Part shown: piece by piece, positions 12,113 to 23,141 of the stretch
Layout: each line of letters starts with the position of its first letter
How positions within the stretch are numbered: position 1 is the first letter of the stretch
Assembly (NCBI GenBank): GCA_965242525.1
Contig: OZ251459.1
Coordinates: 1-64,000 of the forward strand
DNA: 64,000 nt
Origin: an uncultured Candidatus Binatia bacterium
Lineage (GTDB): Bacteria > Desulfobacterota > Binatia > UBA9968 > JAJDTQ01
Direction of reading: 5' to 3'
Notes under the pieces: model-generated
What the model saw: the letters and a program-made list of their open reading frames with translations, nothing else
What the model was told of the DNA's origin: nothing
Database searches by the model: none
Translations under genes and position numbers: made by a program

Positions 12113-12839
12113 GTGCTGGTCATACCCGCCATCGACATCAAGGACGGCCGTTGCGTCCGCCTGTACCAGGGCGACATGGAGCGGGAGACGGTCTATTACG
12201 ACCGGCCGCTGGACGCGGCGCGGCGCCTGGTGGACGAGGGCGCGCAGATGATCCACGTGGTGGATCTGAACGGCGCGGTGGCAGGGCGTCCGGTGCACTT
12301 GGCGGAGTTGGCCGCCGTCTGCGCCGAGTCCGGCGTTCCGGTGGAGGCGGGCGGGGGGCTGCGGACCCTGGAGGACATCGGGGAGGCCGTGGCCGCGGGC
12401 GCGGCCAGGGTGGTGCTGGGGACCCGGGCCTACGAGAGCCGGGATTTCGTGCGCCGGGCGTGCGAGCGTTTTCCGGGCCGGGTGGCGGTGGGCATCGACG
12501 CCCGGGCCGGGCGCGCGGCGGTGCGGGGCTGGCGCGAGGACACGGCCATGGACGCAGTGGATCTCGCCCGCCGGTGCGCGGAAGACGGCGCCTGCCGCAT
12601 CATCTACACGGACATCAGCCGCGACGGCACCGGGTCCGGCGTGAACGCGGAGCAGACCGTGCGGGTGGCCCGGGCCGTGGAGGTCCCGGTGATCGCGTCG
12701 GGCGGGGTCGGCTCGGTGGAAGACATCCGCACGCTGGCGCGACTGGAAGGCGAAGGCATCGAGGGAGTGGTCGTGGGCCGCGCCCTCTACCGCGGCGCGT
12801 TCTCGTTGGCGGAGGCCATGGAGGCGGCCGGAGGCCCCC

Positions 12840-12850
<11 letters not shown>
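12113..12850 (+). CDS. hisA: ProFAR isomerase
   Basis: [36 protein letters not shown]. Confidence 0.96.
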
Positions 12851-13604
<754 letters not shown>

Positions 13605-13611
13605 CCCCGGG

Positions 13612-14559
13612 TCAGCCGCGGCTTTCCATGTGGGTCAGGAAACGCTCGGCGTCGATGGCGGCCATGCAGCCGCTGCCCGCCGCGGTGACCGCCTGGCGGT
13701 AGATGCGGTCCTGGACGTCGCCGCAGGCGAAGACCCCGTCCACCGTGGTCTTCGTGCCGTCGCGGGTCTCGATGTAGCCCAACTCGTCCATCTCCAGGAC
13801 CCCCTCGAAGAGCCGGGAATTGGGTTGGTGGCCGATGGCGATGAACACGCCGTCGCAGGCGAACTCCTCTGCCTCGCCGGTCTTGCGGTTCCGCAGCGTC
13901 ACGCCGGTGACTCCCCCGGACAGGGGGTCCCCGTGGATGTCTTCCACGGTGCTGTTCCAGAGGAAGCCGATCTTCGGGTTGGCCCGGGCCCGGTCCTGCA
14001 TGATCTTCGAGGCCCGGAGCTCGTCCCGGCGGTGCACCACCGTGACCTTGCTGGCGAACTTGGTGAGGAACGCGGCTTCCTCCATGGCGGTGTCGCCGCC
14101 GCCCACCACCACGAGCTCCTTCTCCTTGAAGAAGAATCCGTCGCAGGTGGCGCACGCGGAGACCCCGTGCCCCATGAGCCTGGCCTCGGAGTCGATCCCC
14201 AGCAGCTTGGCGGTGGCGCCGGTGGCGATGATGAGGGCGTCGCAGGTGTAGAGGTCCTTGCCCGCCCGGACCTCCAGCGGACGGTTCCCCAGGTCCACCC
14301 CGGTGACGTCGCCGAACACGATCCTCGTGCCGAAGCGTTCCGCCTGCTTGCGGAACTGCTCCATCATGTCCGGCCCGAGTATGCCGTCGGGAAAACCGGG
14401 GTAGTTCTCCACGTCGGTGGTGATGGTCAACTGCCCGCCGGGCTGGGATCCCTCCACCACCAGCGGCTCCAGGTTCGCCCGGGCCGTGTACAGGGCCGCA
14501 GTCAGGCCCGCCGCGCCCGAGCCCAGTATGATCACGCGGTAATGGTTCCGGTCTGCCAT
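13612..14559 (-). CDS. trxB: thioredoxin-disulfide reductase
   Basis: [40 protein letters not shown]. Confidence 0.97.
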   Translation of the reverse strand: MADRNHYRVIILGSGAAGLTAALYTARANLEPLVVEGSQPGGQLTITTDVENYPGFPDGILGPDMMEQFRKQAERFGTRIVFGDVTGVDLGNRPLEVRAGKDLYTCDALIIATGATAKLLGIDSEARLMGHGVSACATCDGFFFKEKELVVVGGGDTAMEEAAFLTKFASKVTVVHRRDELRASKIMQDRARANPKIGFLWNSTVEDIHGDPLSGGVTGVTLRNRKTGEAEEFACDGVFIAIGHQPNSRLFEGVLEMDELGYIETRDGTKTTVDGVFACGDVQDRIYRQAVTAAGSGCMAAIDAERFLTHMESRG

Positions 14560-14754
14560 GCCCTGGATCATACCACACGGGCGGGCCGTGCGACAGGCGC
14601 GCGCCTGCCTTGCGGAAGATGGTGTTTCAGGCTTTCGAGTGGGCAAGGCAAGAGGGAAAGGGGATCGGCAGGGGTCAGGCCGTCATTCCCTCGCTTCTGC
14701 GGCGCCTGCCTCGACAGGCATTAAGCCGGGGTCAGGCTCCGCGGACGCCCACGC

Positions 14755-14780
14755 CGTCATTCCGCGAAAGCGGGAATCCA
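14755..14780. repeat. single REP-like palindrome related to the 58-bp array core
   Basis: GTCATTCCGCGAAAGCGGGAATCCA, one base shorter than the core of the 37186-37478 array. Confidence 0.7.
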
Positions 14781-14957
14781 CCTTGCAGTTCTTCCGGCTT
14801 TTGCGTGACAGGATTTCACGGGTATAGCGTTCCGTCCACTCAAGAGAGGAGGGAATCGGAGTCTTCGCTACCCCGAACCGGGGCTGGCAAGGTGGGAGTC
14901 GGACCTCATCGCGGGATGGGGAGTGTCACAACCCACACGAATTCCTGAAGAGCCTGT

Positions 14958-15677
14958 CTACCATCCTGATTCCGTTCCAGTGTATGGGCTCTGCATGGCC
15001 CGCATCCCCGAACCCAGCTCCTGCTCCAGTCTGCGTTGTTCTTGCGCTGCGTCCGCTTCCGTCACGATCCCTACCCCTACGTACGCCCGTACCGCTTCGG
15101 CAACCGACTCGACCTGTACGACACGTCTCAGGTTGTCGTCCCGCCCCGATCGCCAGTAGATTTCCACCCCGGCGCCAAGTGCCAATTGCAGCTCCGGTTT
15201 GCCCAGTGGATCTTGCTCTTTCAGCGTTGTTAGCAGTGCGGTGGCTCCCCGCCACACCTCCATGAGCTGGCTGCGCTCCTCCCGGCTCGGCATCTTGCCT
15301 CTCGGCTCGCGCTGTATCTCAGCGTGTGCTCGATTCCCCGGCACAGGTCGATCCGTGACGCTCCAAAGCCTGTATCCTTCTGCATCCGTCAGCCTGCGGA
15401 TGTCTCCTGCCTTGGCCTTGATAGTGCCCCGCATTCCTCGCCGGCCTACGATTCCTCCCTGCGTATATCGGCTTCTATCTACTGATGCTCCGCCTTCCTC
15501 CTCGGTCCACTGAAGATCTCTGCGCGAAAACGCAGTTTGGGAGATCGCATCGCTACCGATCTCCCGCTCTCTAGGGGGTAGTCTGCGTTCCAGATCTTCG
15601 TCGTCCTTGACGACCCCAGGCGATTGCACTCCGTGCATTCGTTCTTCCTCTGGAAACTTCTCCCCGCGCCTGGCCAA
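14958..15677 (-). CDS. hypothetical protein with putative ADP-ribosyltransferase/RES-like N-terminal domain
   Basis: Third gene of a tight operon; DDEDLERRL, AF...GASVDR and DRPVPGNRAHAEI resemble ART-fold toxin motifs (inference); start may be ATG 15638. Confidence 0.6.
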   Translation of the reverse strand: MARRGEKFPEEERMHGVQSPGVVKDDEDLERRLPPREREIGSDAISQTAFSRRDLQWTEEEGGASVDRSRYTQGGIVGRRGMRGTIKAKAGDIRRLTDAEGYRLWSVTDRPVPGNRAHAEIQREPRGKMPSREERSQLMEVWRGATALLTTLKEQDPLGKPELQLALGAGVEIYWRSGRDDNLRRVVQVESVAEAVRAYVGVGIVTEADAAQEQRRLEQELGSGMRAMQSPYTGTESGW

Positions 15678-15680
15678 CTC

Positions 15681-16277
15681 TCAGATCTCCTCGGGCACCT
15701 CGCCTAGCCATGACATGACCCGGCCGAGTTCTTCTCTGCTGTGCTCCTGGAAGTTTCCTTCCTTGCTCTCCTCGCTCAGGGTGCGGCTGACGTAGTACCC
15801 GATGCTGCCATCCTCCTCCGTGCCGACCTCGACCCTGCCATACCCACTGCGCCAGATGATGCAGATCTCCCATGACTCGTCGGCATAAACATCATCAGGC
15901 CGCTTCCACTCGTCGCACAGCCCGAGCAACGCTGCGATCCGATCCCTGTTTACTTCGATCTGTCGCTTTGTCCCTCCCTTGACTTGGGCTGCCCGCAAAG
16001 TGTCGGCGTCGATCGCGTCTAGGATCTCTCGCGTCGTCTTCGTTTCTCGTCCGCTTCCACTCGTGTCGATCCTCCATCCAAGACCTCTCTCATCGGCCTG
16101 CCATGCGGTTCCGTTCACGTGTTGTGGTTGCTGCTCGGTAACGTCTCCTTCCTCTTCCTTCCTCGGTGCTTCAATGGGCTGCAGCGGATAGCTCGGGTCT
16201 TGTGTAGGCTCGATGACTCCGAATCGGACCACTGGTGCTTCGATCGGGACACGCACTGTGCTTTCGGCTGTGTTCAT
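15681..16277 (-). CDS. hypothetical acidic protein (candidate antitoxin/partner)
   Basis: ATGA overlap with upstream gene; disordered-looking N-terminus; C-terminal ICIIWRSG..VEVG..DGSIGYY domain. Confidence 0.7.
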   Translation of the reverse strand: MNTAESTVRVPIEAPVVRFGVIEPTQDPSYPLQPIEAPRKEEEGDVTEQQPQHVNGTAWQADERGLGWRIDTSGSGRETKTTREILDAIDADTLRAAQVKGGTKRQIEVNRDRIAALLGLCDEWKRPDDVYADESWEICIIWRSGYGRVEVGTEEDGSIGYYVSRTLSEESKEGNFQEHSREELGRVMSWLGEVPEEI

Positions 16278-17119
16278 GTCGGGTCCCCCAGTTGTTTCAT
16301 TCCGACCTGACGGGCGGTCTCCTCTGTGATCAGGTTCCCGAACAGCGCGTGGGTTCGCCTGTGCAGTCCGTCACATATGACTCGGCCGTCGCTGTCGTTC
16401 CCATCGACCGAGTGGATGTTTCCGAACGCTCTATCGAGTTTCAGGCGAGCGCTTGTCTCTCCAAATCCCCAGATCGCGGTCGTCACCACCTGGATGATTG
16501 GGCGTATCCGGTTTCCTTCCCTGCGCAGTTCCGCCCCGATCTGAAACCGTTCCAAGATACGTTCCCCTTCGGGGTTCTCAACCCATCCCTCCCCTATGTG
16601 CCACTCCTTCGATCTTGTCGCTTGAGTGGGGATCCATTCCGTTCGGATCGCGAGCTTTGGATCGTAGGCGTCGTCGGCGCCGTGCCAGACAAGCAGGTCT
16701 TGGTAGGTCAGCTCCACACTGCGGATCTGTGCCAGCGCGTGGGCATCTCCAAGGGTCTTGCCCAAGCTGGCGAACAGCTCGTAGGCTTTCCTGCTTACGC
16801 TCTTCCACCCACCGTACTGTGCGCATCCGATCGTGATCGTCGGCCCGACTATCTCCATCCACCAAGCGGCCTTGCCCGTGCGCATGAATTCGATGTACTG
16901 CGTGGGTGCCAGCGGCTTCGGCCTTTCGTCCACCAGTGGCGTCGGACCCATAGCGATTTCCATCACAGGTGTCTGGTTCACCGTCGGCAATACAGCCTTC
17001 CAATACTTCTCGTACCCTCCGTCGAGGATCGCCCGCTCGTGCTCCGTCATCTCGCCACTCCCCGTGAGCCGGAGGATCATGGTCTCAATGGCGTGGTCCG
17101 GGTGCAGTGGCTTGAACAT
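16274..17119 (-). CDS. TIGR04255-like protein
   Basis: N-terminal FKP...HAIE, YGGW and IRSVELTYQD match my recollection of the TIGR04255 pattern; CAGGAG RBS. Confidence 0.7.
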   Translation of the reverse strand: MFKPLHPDHAIETMILRLTGSGEMTEHERAILDGGYEKYWKAVLPTVNQTPVMEIAMGPTPLVDERPKPLAPTQYIEFMRTGKAAWWMEIVGPTITIGCAQYGGWKSVSRKAYELFASLGKTLGDAHALAQIRSVELTYQDLLVWHGADDAYDPKLAIRTEWIPTQATRSKEWHIGEGWVENPEGERILERFQIGAELRREGNRIRPIIQVVTTAIWGFGETSARLKLDRAFGNIHSVDGNDSDGRVICDGLHRRTHALFGNLITEETARQVGMKQLGDPT

Positions 17120-17228
17120 GCTGCTCCTGTTCTCCGAGTACTTGGCGTCTTGGCCCCGTTCGCGCGCTGCTCGGGGATTGGTGGCTCCCGCCCCATCTTC
17201 CGCCTTCTCGTCCGTCTGCCGTGAGGGT

Positions 17229-17258
17229 ATTATGCCGGCTCGGTATTTTTACTGTCAA
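17229..17258 (-). promoter_or_regulatory. sigma70-type promoter for the three-gene operon
   Basis: Minus strand TTGACA (17258-17253), 18-nt spacer, CATAAT (17234-17229). Confidence 0.7.
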
Positions 17259-17597
17259 GGTCCTGGCTATTTCATGTTCCCGGGAAGACCTTGCTATGGT
17301 GGAGCCACCATTTCAGGCGAGCGCCCCTACTTCTCTTCTCATGCCCACCCCGCTCGCACTCGCGACCCTGAGTCTCTTCATAGACGACGTCGTCCTCCGC
17401 TGCAAGCTCGACCCGCCGCTTCAGCACCGGATCGGACTCTCCACCAAGTTTGAGGAAACGCTCCGCACCTGTGTCGGGCAGCAGCACCGGGCAACTGGCG
17501 ATGTGGAGCACCGGAGAATTGCCCGTCAACCGTTCCCGCCGTTGGCTTTCACGGCTGTGGGCGATAGACTGGCCCGAACCGCAGGAAAGGAAGAAAC

Positions 17598-18074
17598 ATG
17601 GCGACGTTGTCCCATATGGACGAACGGGGGCGGGCGCGGATGGTGGACGTGACGGAGAAGGACGTGACCCGGCGGGTCGCGGTGGCCAGGGGCGTGGTGG
17701 CCATGCGGGCGGAGACCCTGGAGGCCATCAGCGAGGGACAGATCCCCAAGGGGGACGTCCTCGCGGTGGCGCGCATCGCCGGGATCATGGCCGCCAAGAA
17801 GACTTCCGACCTCGTTCCCATGTGCCACCCGCTCGACATCAGCGGGGTGGAGGTCGATCTCACCCCGAGGCGGAGCCCTCCGTCCGTGGAGATCGAGGCC
17901 ACCGTCCGCACGACCGGCAGGACCGGCGTGGAGATGGAGGCGCTGACCGCGGTCTCGGTGGCGGGCCTCACCATCTACGACATGTGCAAGGCCGTGGACC
18001 GGGGGATGACCATCGGCGAGGTCCGGCTGGTCCACAAGAGCGGCGGCAAGAGCGGCGCGTTCGACCGGACCTGA
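17598..18074 (+). CDS. moaC: cyclic pyranopterin monophosphate synthase
   Basis: [45 protein letters not shown]. Confidence 0.97.
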   Translation: MATLSHMDERGRARMVDVTEKDVTRRVAVARGVVAMRAETLEAISEGQIPKGDVLAVARIAGIMAAKKTSDLVPMCHPLDISGVEVDLTPRRSPPSVEIEATVRTTGRTGVEMEALTAVSVAGLTIYDMCKAVDRGMTIGEVRLVHKSGGKSGAFDRT

Positions 18075-18104
18075 CCGGAGACGGTCGTTCAGGGTTTTCC
18101 TGAA

Positions 18105-18200
18105 GGAACCTCTGAACAATCGGGACAGGGGGCATGAGCGCGCCCTTCGACTTCGCTTCGCTACGCTCAGGACGAACGGGGCGATTGTTCAGGGTTTTCC
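18105..18200. mobile_element. MITE-like element with one REP-like unit
   Basis: GGAACCTCTGAACAATCG ... CGATTGTTCAGGGTTTTCC; flanks TGAA/TAAA; an extra right-end copy lies just upstream (18084-18100). Confidence 0.7.
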
Positions 18201-18328
18201 TAAAGTCTTCCGGGAAAATGCCGAAGTAGATTCATAGGGTCCGGCGTCCACACGGGTCTCCGCGCCGTGTGGGGTCTCCGCGCCGCACGCGGCGTGGCCG
18301 GCCCGTTGCGCGCCTCCGACAGGTCATC

Positions 18329-19012
18329 ATGACGCGAATCAGCCAATGGCCCATGGAAGACCGTCCGCGGGAGAAGCTCCTGGACAGGGGGGCGGAGGAG
18401 CTCACGGAGACCGAGCTGCTCGCCATCCTGCTGGGGACGGGCGGCGTGGGGGAGCACCAGAACGCGCTGGACCACGCCCGCGCGCTGTTGGTGAAGTTCG
18501 GCGGACTGAAGGGCATCGACGACGCGTCCGTGGCGGAGTTGACGGACCTCAAGGGCCTGGGGCAGGCCAAGGCGGCCCGCATCAAGGCGTGCATGGAGCT
18601 GGGGCGCCGCCGGGAGGACCTTCGGTGCGAGGTCGGCCACATGATGAGCTCGCCGGAGGAAGTCTTCCACCACTTCCGCACCCGGTGCGTCAACGCCAAG
18701 CACGAGTCGTTCTATGTGGTCATGCTCAACAACCGGAACCGCAAGATCCGCGACGTAAAGATCTCCGAAGGCTCCCTCACCGCATCCGTGGTGCATCCCC
18801 GGGAGGTCTTCAATCCGGTCATCCGGGAGTCCGCGGCCGGCGTCATCCTGGTCCACAACCATCCGAGCGGCGACCCTTCGCCGAGCCGGGAGGACATGGA
18901 GCTCACACACCGTCTCTCGCAGGTAGGCGAGGTCCTGGGCGTGCGCGTGCACGACCACGTGGTGGTGGGGCACGACGAGTTCTTCAGCTTCAACCGCGAA
19001 GGCCTCCTGTGA
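18329..19012 (+). CDS. radC: RadC family JAB-domain protein
   Basis: RPREKL, ELLAILLGTG, VHPREVF, HNHPSGDPSPSRED. Confidence 0.95.
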   Translation: MTRISQWPMEDRPREKLLDRGAEELTETELLAILLGTGGVGEHQNALDHARALLVKFGGLKGIDDASVAELTDLKGLGQAKAARIKACMELGRRREDLRCEVGHMMSSPEEVFHHFRTRCVNAKHESFYVVMLNNRNRKIRDVKISEGSLTASVVHPREVFNPVIRESAAGVILVHNHPSGDPSPSREDMELTHRLSQVGEVLGVRVHDHVVVGHDEFFSFNREGLL

Positions 19013-19175
19013 AGCCCCTGCGCCCCCTTGGAAATCGCCTGCGAGATACTGTATCAACGTCGGGTTGACGGAGCCCTTTTCGGGGGACTCGTCGGCAGGG
19101 TCCGCGGGCGGAACGGCGCCCGCGCGGGCAGGCGGCGGCGCGCCGGGGTCAAGGTCTTCCGGGGGGTTCGAAAGC

Positions 19176-20654
19176 ATGTCTCAGGTCAGGAAGTTCGCCA
19201 CGGATATCGCAATCATCGGCTCCGGCGGAGCCGGCATCGCCGCGGGCATCGAGGCCCGGGACGCCGGCGCCCGGGCCATCGCCTTCGAGAAGGCGCCGGA
19301 CCCGGGAGGCGCGGCCATCATCTCCGGCGGCGGTTGCCTCATCGTGGGGTCGCCGATACAGCGGGCCAACGGGATTTACGACACGCCGGACTTGGCGTTC
19401 CATGACTGGATCAAGTGGGGCGGGCCTTCGGTGGACGAGGTGTGGGCCCGTTACTACATCGAGCATTCGCTCCACGACCTCTACTTCTGGGCCGAGGACC
19501 TCGGGGTCGAATGGGTGGACATGAAGCAGCAGGAAGGCAACACGGTCGTGCGCTGGACCCGGGCCCGGAACAACGGCCTCGGCCTCATGACGCGCCTCAT
19601 GGACTCGTTTCGGGAACGCGGCGGCGAGGTCGTGGCCAACGTCGAGGCCACGGGGCTCCGGGAGGAGGACGGCCGCGTGGCCGGGTTCGTGGGCCGGGAC
19701 GCCGCCACCGGCGACGCGGTGGAGGTGGAGAGCAGGGTGGTGGTGGTGGCCACCGGCGGGTTCAACTCCAACCTCGACATGGTGCTGGAGGCCAGGCCCG
19801 AGCTCAAGGGCGAACGGGTCATGGAGGGCTCCGGGCGGGGCTCCACCGGGTCGGGTCACCGGCTGGTGCGCCAGGTGGGCGGCTACCTCACCCACGTGGA
19901 CCACATCTGGTTCTACGTTTACGCCACGCCGGACTACCGGGACCCGAACCAGCGCCGGGGCCTGGTCTTTCGCCAGGCGCCGGGCTACGTCTGGATCAAC
20001 CAGCAGGGCCGGCGGTTCCACAACGAGGCCCTGTCGGGCGGCAACTCGGCCACGCCGGCGCTCATGGCCCAGAGTCCGCGCCACGCCTGGGCGGTGGTGG
20101 ACACGCCCATGACCGCCAAGCTGGAGATCGCCGACCCCTACTACCGGGCCGGGGACAAGGTGGCCCGGGACAAGGTCCAGGAACTGCTGGACCATTCGCC
20201 CTGCATCCGGAAGGCCGGCTCCCTGGAGGAATTGGGCCAACGCATGGATGTGGACGTCCCGGCCTTCCTCGACACGATGGAACGCTACAACCGGGCGTGC
20301 GAGCAGGGTCTGGACAAGGAGCCCGAGTTCGGCAAGCCGCTGAAGCTCTCCAGGAAGTTCGACACCCCGCCCTATTACGCCATCCAGATCTTTCCCTTGG
20401 CGCGCAAGAACTTCGGCGGCGTCAAGACCGACATGCGCTGCCGTGTCCTGGACAAGCACTTCGAGCCCATTCCCGGCCTCTACGCGGCCGGCGAGGTGGC
20501 CGGCATGGCCGGCGGCCACATCAACGGCCAGGCGGGCCTCGAAGGCACCATGCTGGGGCCATCCATCTTCAGCGGCCGCGTGGCCGGGGGCTGGGCGGCC
20601 GAGGAAGCGGGTTGCGGCCGCGGCTTCGCGGGCAAGCCCAACCGCGAGGATTGA
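19176..20654 (+). CDS. FAD-dependent oxidoreductase (fumarate reductase / 3-ketosteroid dehydrogenase flavoprotein family)
   Basis: IIGSGGAG, VVVATGGF, GRRFHNE, IPGLYAAGE; substrate unknown. Confidence 0.85.
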   Translation: MSQVRKFATDIAIIGSGGAGIAAGIEARDAGARAIAFEKAPDPGGAAIISGGGCLIVGSPIQRANGIYDTPDLAFHDWIKWGGPSVDEVWARYYIEHSLHDLYFWAEDLGVEWVDMKQQEGNTVVRWTRARNNGLGLMTRLMDSFRERGGEVVANVEATGLREEDGRVAGFVGRDAATGDAVEVESRVVVVATGGFNSNLDMVLEARPELKGERVMEGSGRGSTGSGHRLVRQVGGYLTHVDHIWFYVYATPDYRDPNQRRGLVFRQAPGYVWINQQGRRFHNEALSGGNSATPALMAQSPRHAWAVVDTPMTAKLEIADPYYRAGDKVARDKVQELLDHSPCIRKAGSLEELGQRMDVDVPAFLDTMERYNRACEQGLDKEPEFGKPLKLSRKFDTPPYYAIQIFPLARKNFGGVKTDMRCRVLDKHFEPIPGLYAAGEVAGMAGGHINGQAGLEGTMLGPSIFSGRVAGGWAAEEAGCGRGFAGKPNRED

Positions 20655-20733
20655 CGTTCGGCGCCGCGGCCGCGCCTTGCGGGGGACGCGAACCCCCCGT
20701 CTTTGCCGGGCCTTTGGCCGAGGGTTTCCGTAG

Positions 20734-23130
20734 ATGACGACGCATCCGCAGGTGGAAAAGGTCCGGGGCTATTGCGCGCTGTGCACCGCGCACTGCGCCA
20801 CCGTCGCCACGGTAGAGGACGGACGGGTGACCCGGCTCGACGCCGACCACGACCATCCCAACGGCGGCGCCATCTGCGTCAAGGGCAAGGCCGCCCCGGA
20901 ACTGGTGTACAACGCCCAGCGCCTGGACTACCCGTTGCGCCGCACCCGGCCCAAGGGAGCGGACGATCCGGGCTGGGAGCGGGTGGGCTGGGACGAGGCC
21001 CTGGACGACATCGCGGCCCGCCTGCTCGACATCAAGCGCCGCTACGGCCCCGAAGCCATCGCCATGGCCCGGGGCACCGCCAGCGGCACTTCCGTGGACG
21101 ACGTGAACCAGTGGTCCACGCGCCTGCTCAACCTCATCGGGAGCCCCAACTCGGTCTCCACCACCCACGTGTGCAACTGGCATCGGGACACCGTGTTCGG
21201 CTACACCTTCGGCGTGCCCCAACCCGCGCCCGACGTGCCTCACAGCCGCGCCTTCCTGTTGTGGGGCCACAACCCGAGCTCCACCTCGCTGCTGCTGGCC
21301 CAGGACATCGTCGCCGCCCGCAAGCGGGGCATGAAGCTGGTGGCGGTGGACCCCCGAAGGGTCGGCGTGGGCGGCCAGGCCGACGTGCTGCTCCAGGTGC
21401 GACCGGGCAGCGACGGCGCGCTGGCCCTAGCCCTGGTCCACGTCCTGATGGACGAGGGGCTCCACGACGAAGCCTTCATGCGGGACTGGACCAACGGTCC
21501 GTTCCTGCTGCGCACGGACACCGGGGAGGCGCTGACCGAGGTCGACCTGGCGTCCGGGGGCAGCCCCCGCCGGTACGTGGTGTGGGACGAGGGCTCGGAC
21601 CGGCCGGCGTCCTATGATCCCGAGACCCGGGGGTACGAACGGGACGGGGTCCGGCCCGCCCTCCGGGACACCGTGAGCCTGACCCTTGCGGACGGCGCCG
21701 CGGTCCGGTGCGAGCCGGCGTTGGCCGCTTTGGCGCGGCTCGCTGCCTCCTACGCCCCGGAACGCTCGGAGGCGGTCACCCGGGTTCCTCCGGACCGGGT
21801 CCGGGAAGCCGCGCGGGTCCTCGGCCGCAACCGGCCGGTGAGCATGTTCATGTGGAACGGCGTGGGCCAGCACACCAACGCCACCCAGACGAGCCGCGCC
21901 ATCTCCGTCCTGTACGCGCTGCTGGGGGACATCGACGCGCCCGGAGGCAACCGGATCCTGCCCATGGTCCCCCTTCGGGGCGTGGAGGGTAAGGAGTTCC
22001 TTCCCGCGGACGCCGCCGCCAAGCGCATCGGCCGGGCCGAGAAGCCCCTGGGGCCGCCGGCGAGCCCCGGGGCGTGCGCCGCCCATGACATCTACACGGC
22101 CATACTCGACGGGCGGCCGTATCCGGTTCGCGCCCTCGTCAACCTGGGATCCAACACGGTGCTGTCCAACGGCGACACCCGGCGCGGCCGCGAGGCCCTC
22201 TGCGCACTGGACCTGGCGGTGGCCACGGAGCTCTTCCTGACCCCCACCGCCCGACTGTGCGACTACGTGCTGCCCGCCACCAGCTTCCTCGAGATGGAGC
22301 ACTTGGTGGGCGGCTTCCGGCACCGGGTGGCCGCCCGGTCCCACCTCCAGTACCGGCCGCGGGTGGTGGAGCCGCTGGCGGAGCGGCGCTCGGACACGTG
22401 GGTCGTGTTCGAACTGGCCAAGCGCATGGGCATGGGGGGCGAGTTCTGGGACGGCGACGTGGCCGCGGCCTACTCCCATCAACTGGAGCCCACGGGCATG
22501 ACCCTGGAGGAGCTCAAGGCCACGCCCGGGGGCGTGACCCTCGCCGCGGACCGGGTCCATCGGAAGTACGCGGAGCCCGACCAGCGGGGCCGACCGAGGG
22601 GCTTCGCCAATCCTTCCAGCAGGGTGGAGATCTACTCGCACCGGCTCGCCCGGCACGGGTTCCCGCCCCTGCCGGAGTACGAGGAGCCGGCGCTGAGCCC
22701 GTCGAGCCGGCCGGACGTGGCCGCGGCCTACCCGCTGGTCCTGACCAACGCCAAGTTCACGACTTTCATCCACAGCCAGCAGCGGGCCCTGCCCGGTCTC
22801 CGCAAGGCCGCGCCGGAGCCCACCGCGGAGCTCCACCCGGACACGGCCCGGGAGCACGGCATCGAGCAGGGGCGCTGGATGTGGGTGGAGAGCCCCAAGG
22901 GCGCGGTCAGGGTACGGAGCCATCTCACCGGACGCATACTGCCCGGGGTGGTGTGCGTGCAGCACGGCTGGTGGCAGCCGTGCCCGGAACTCGACCTGCC
23001 GGGCCACGATCCCTATTCGGAGACCGGCGCCAACCCCAACGGACTGGTGGACGCGGAGCACCGGGATCCCATCAGCGGTTCGCTGCCGCACCGGTCGTCC
23101 CTGTGCCGCGTGCGCCCCGCGGAAGGTTAG
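20734..23130 (+). CDS. molybdopterin-dependent oxidoreductase (DMSO reductase superfamily), cytoplasmic
   Basis: N-terminal CALCTAHC...CVKG 4Fe-4S motif, RLDYPLRR, WGHNP, DYVLPAT, C-terminal molydop-binding domain; no Tat signal. Confidence 0.9.
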   Translation: MTTHPQVEKVRGYCALCTAHCATVATVEDGRVTRLDADHDHPNGGAICVKGKAAPELVYNAQRLDYPLRRTRPKGADDPGWERVGWDEALDDIAARLLDIKRRYGPEAIAMARGTASGTSVDDVNQWSTRLLNLIGSPNSVSTTHVCNWHRDTVFGYTFGVPQPAPDVPHSRAFLLWGHNPSSTSLLLAQDIVAARKRGMKLVAVDPRRVGVGGQADVLLQVRPGSDGALALALVHVLMDEGLHDEAFMRDWTNGPFLLRTDTGEALTEVDLASGGSPRRYVVWDEGSDRPASYDPETRGYERDGVRPALRDTVSLTLADGAAVRCEPALAALARLAASYAPERSEAVTRVPPDRVREAARVLGRNRPVSMFMWNGVGQHTNATQTSRAISVLYALLGDIDAPGGNRILPMVPLRGVEGKEFLPADAAAKRIGRAEKPLGPPASPGACAAHDIYTAILDGRPYPVRALVNLGSNTVLSNGDTRRGREALCALDLAVATELFLTPTARLCDYVLPATSFLEMEHLVGGFRHRVAARSHLQYRPRVVEPLAERRSDTWVVFELAKRMGMGGEFWDGDVAAAYSHQLEPTGMTLEELKATPGGVTLAADRVHRKYAEPDQRGRPRGFANPSSRVEIYSHRLARHGFPPLPEYEEPALSPSSRPDVAAAYPLVLTNAKFTTFIHSQQRALPGLRKAAPEPTAELHPDTAREHGIEQGRWMWVESPKGAVRVRSHLTGRILPGVVCVQHGWWQPCPELDLPGHDPYSETGANPNGLVDAEHRDPISGSLPHRSSLCRVRPAEG

Positions 23131-23141
23131 GAGGAACGGGA

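Noticed and set aside
17272-17529. Small ORFs between the three-gene operon promoter and moaC
   Set aside because: No RBS, no recognisable motif and conflicting frames; may be decayed island DNA but cannot be supported
18329-19012. radC as a marker of a mobile element
   Set aside because: Full-length chromosomal type with the N-terminal RPREKL/HhH region and host-like codon usage
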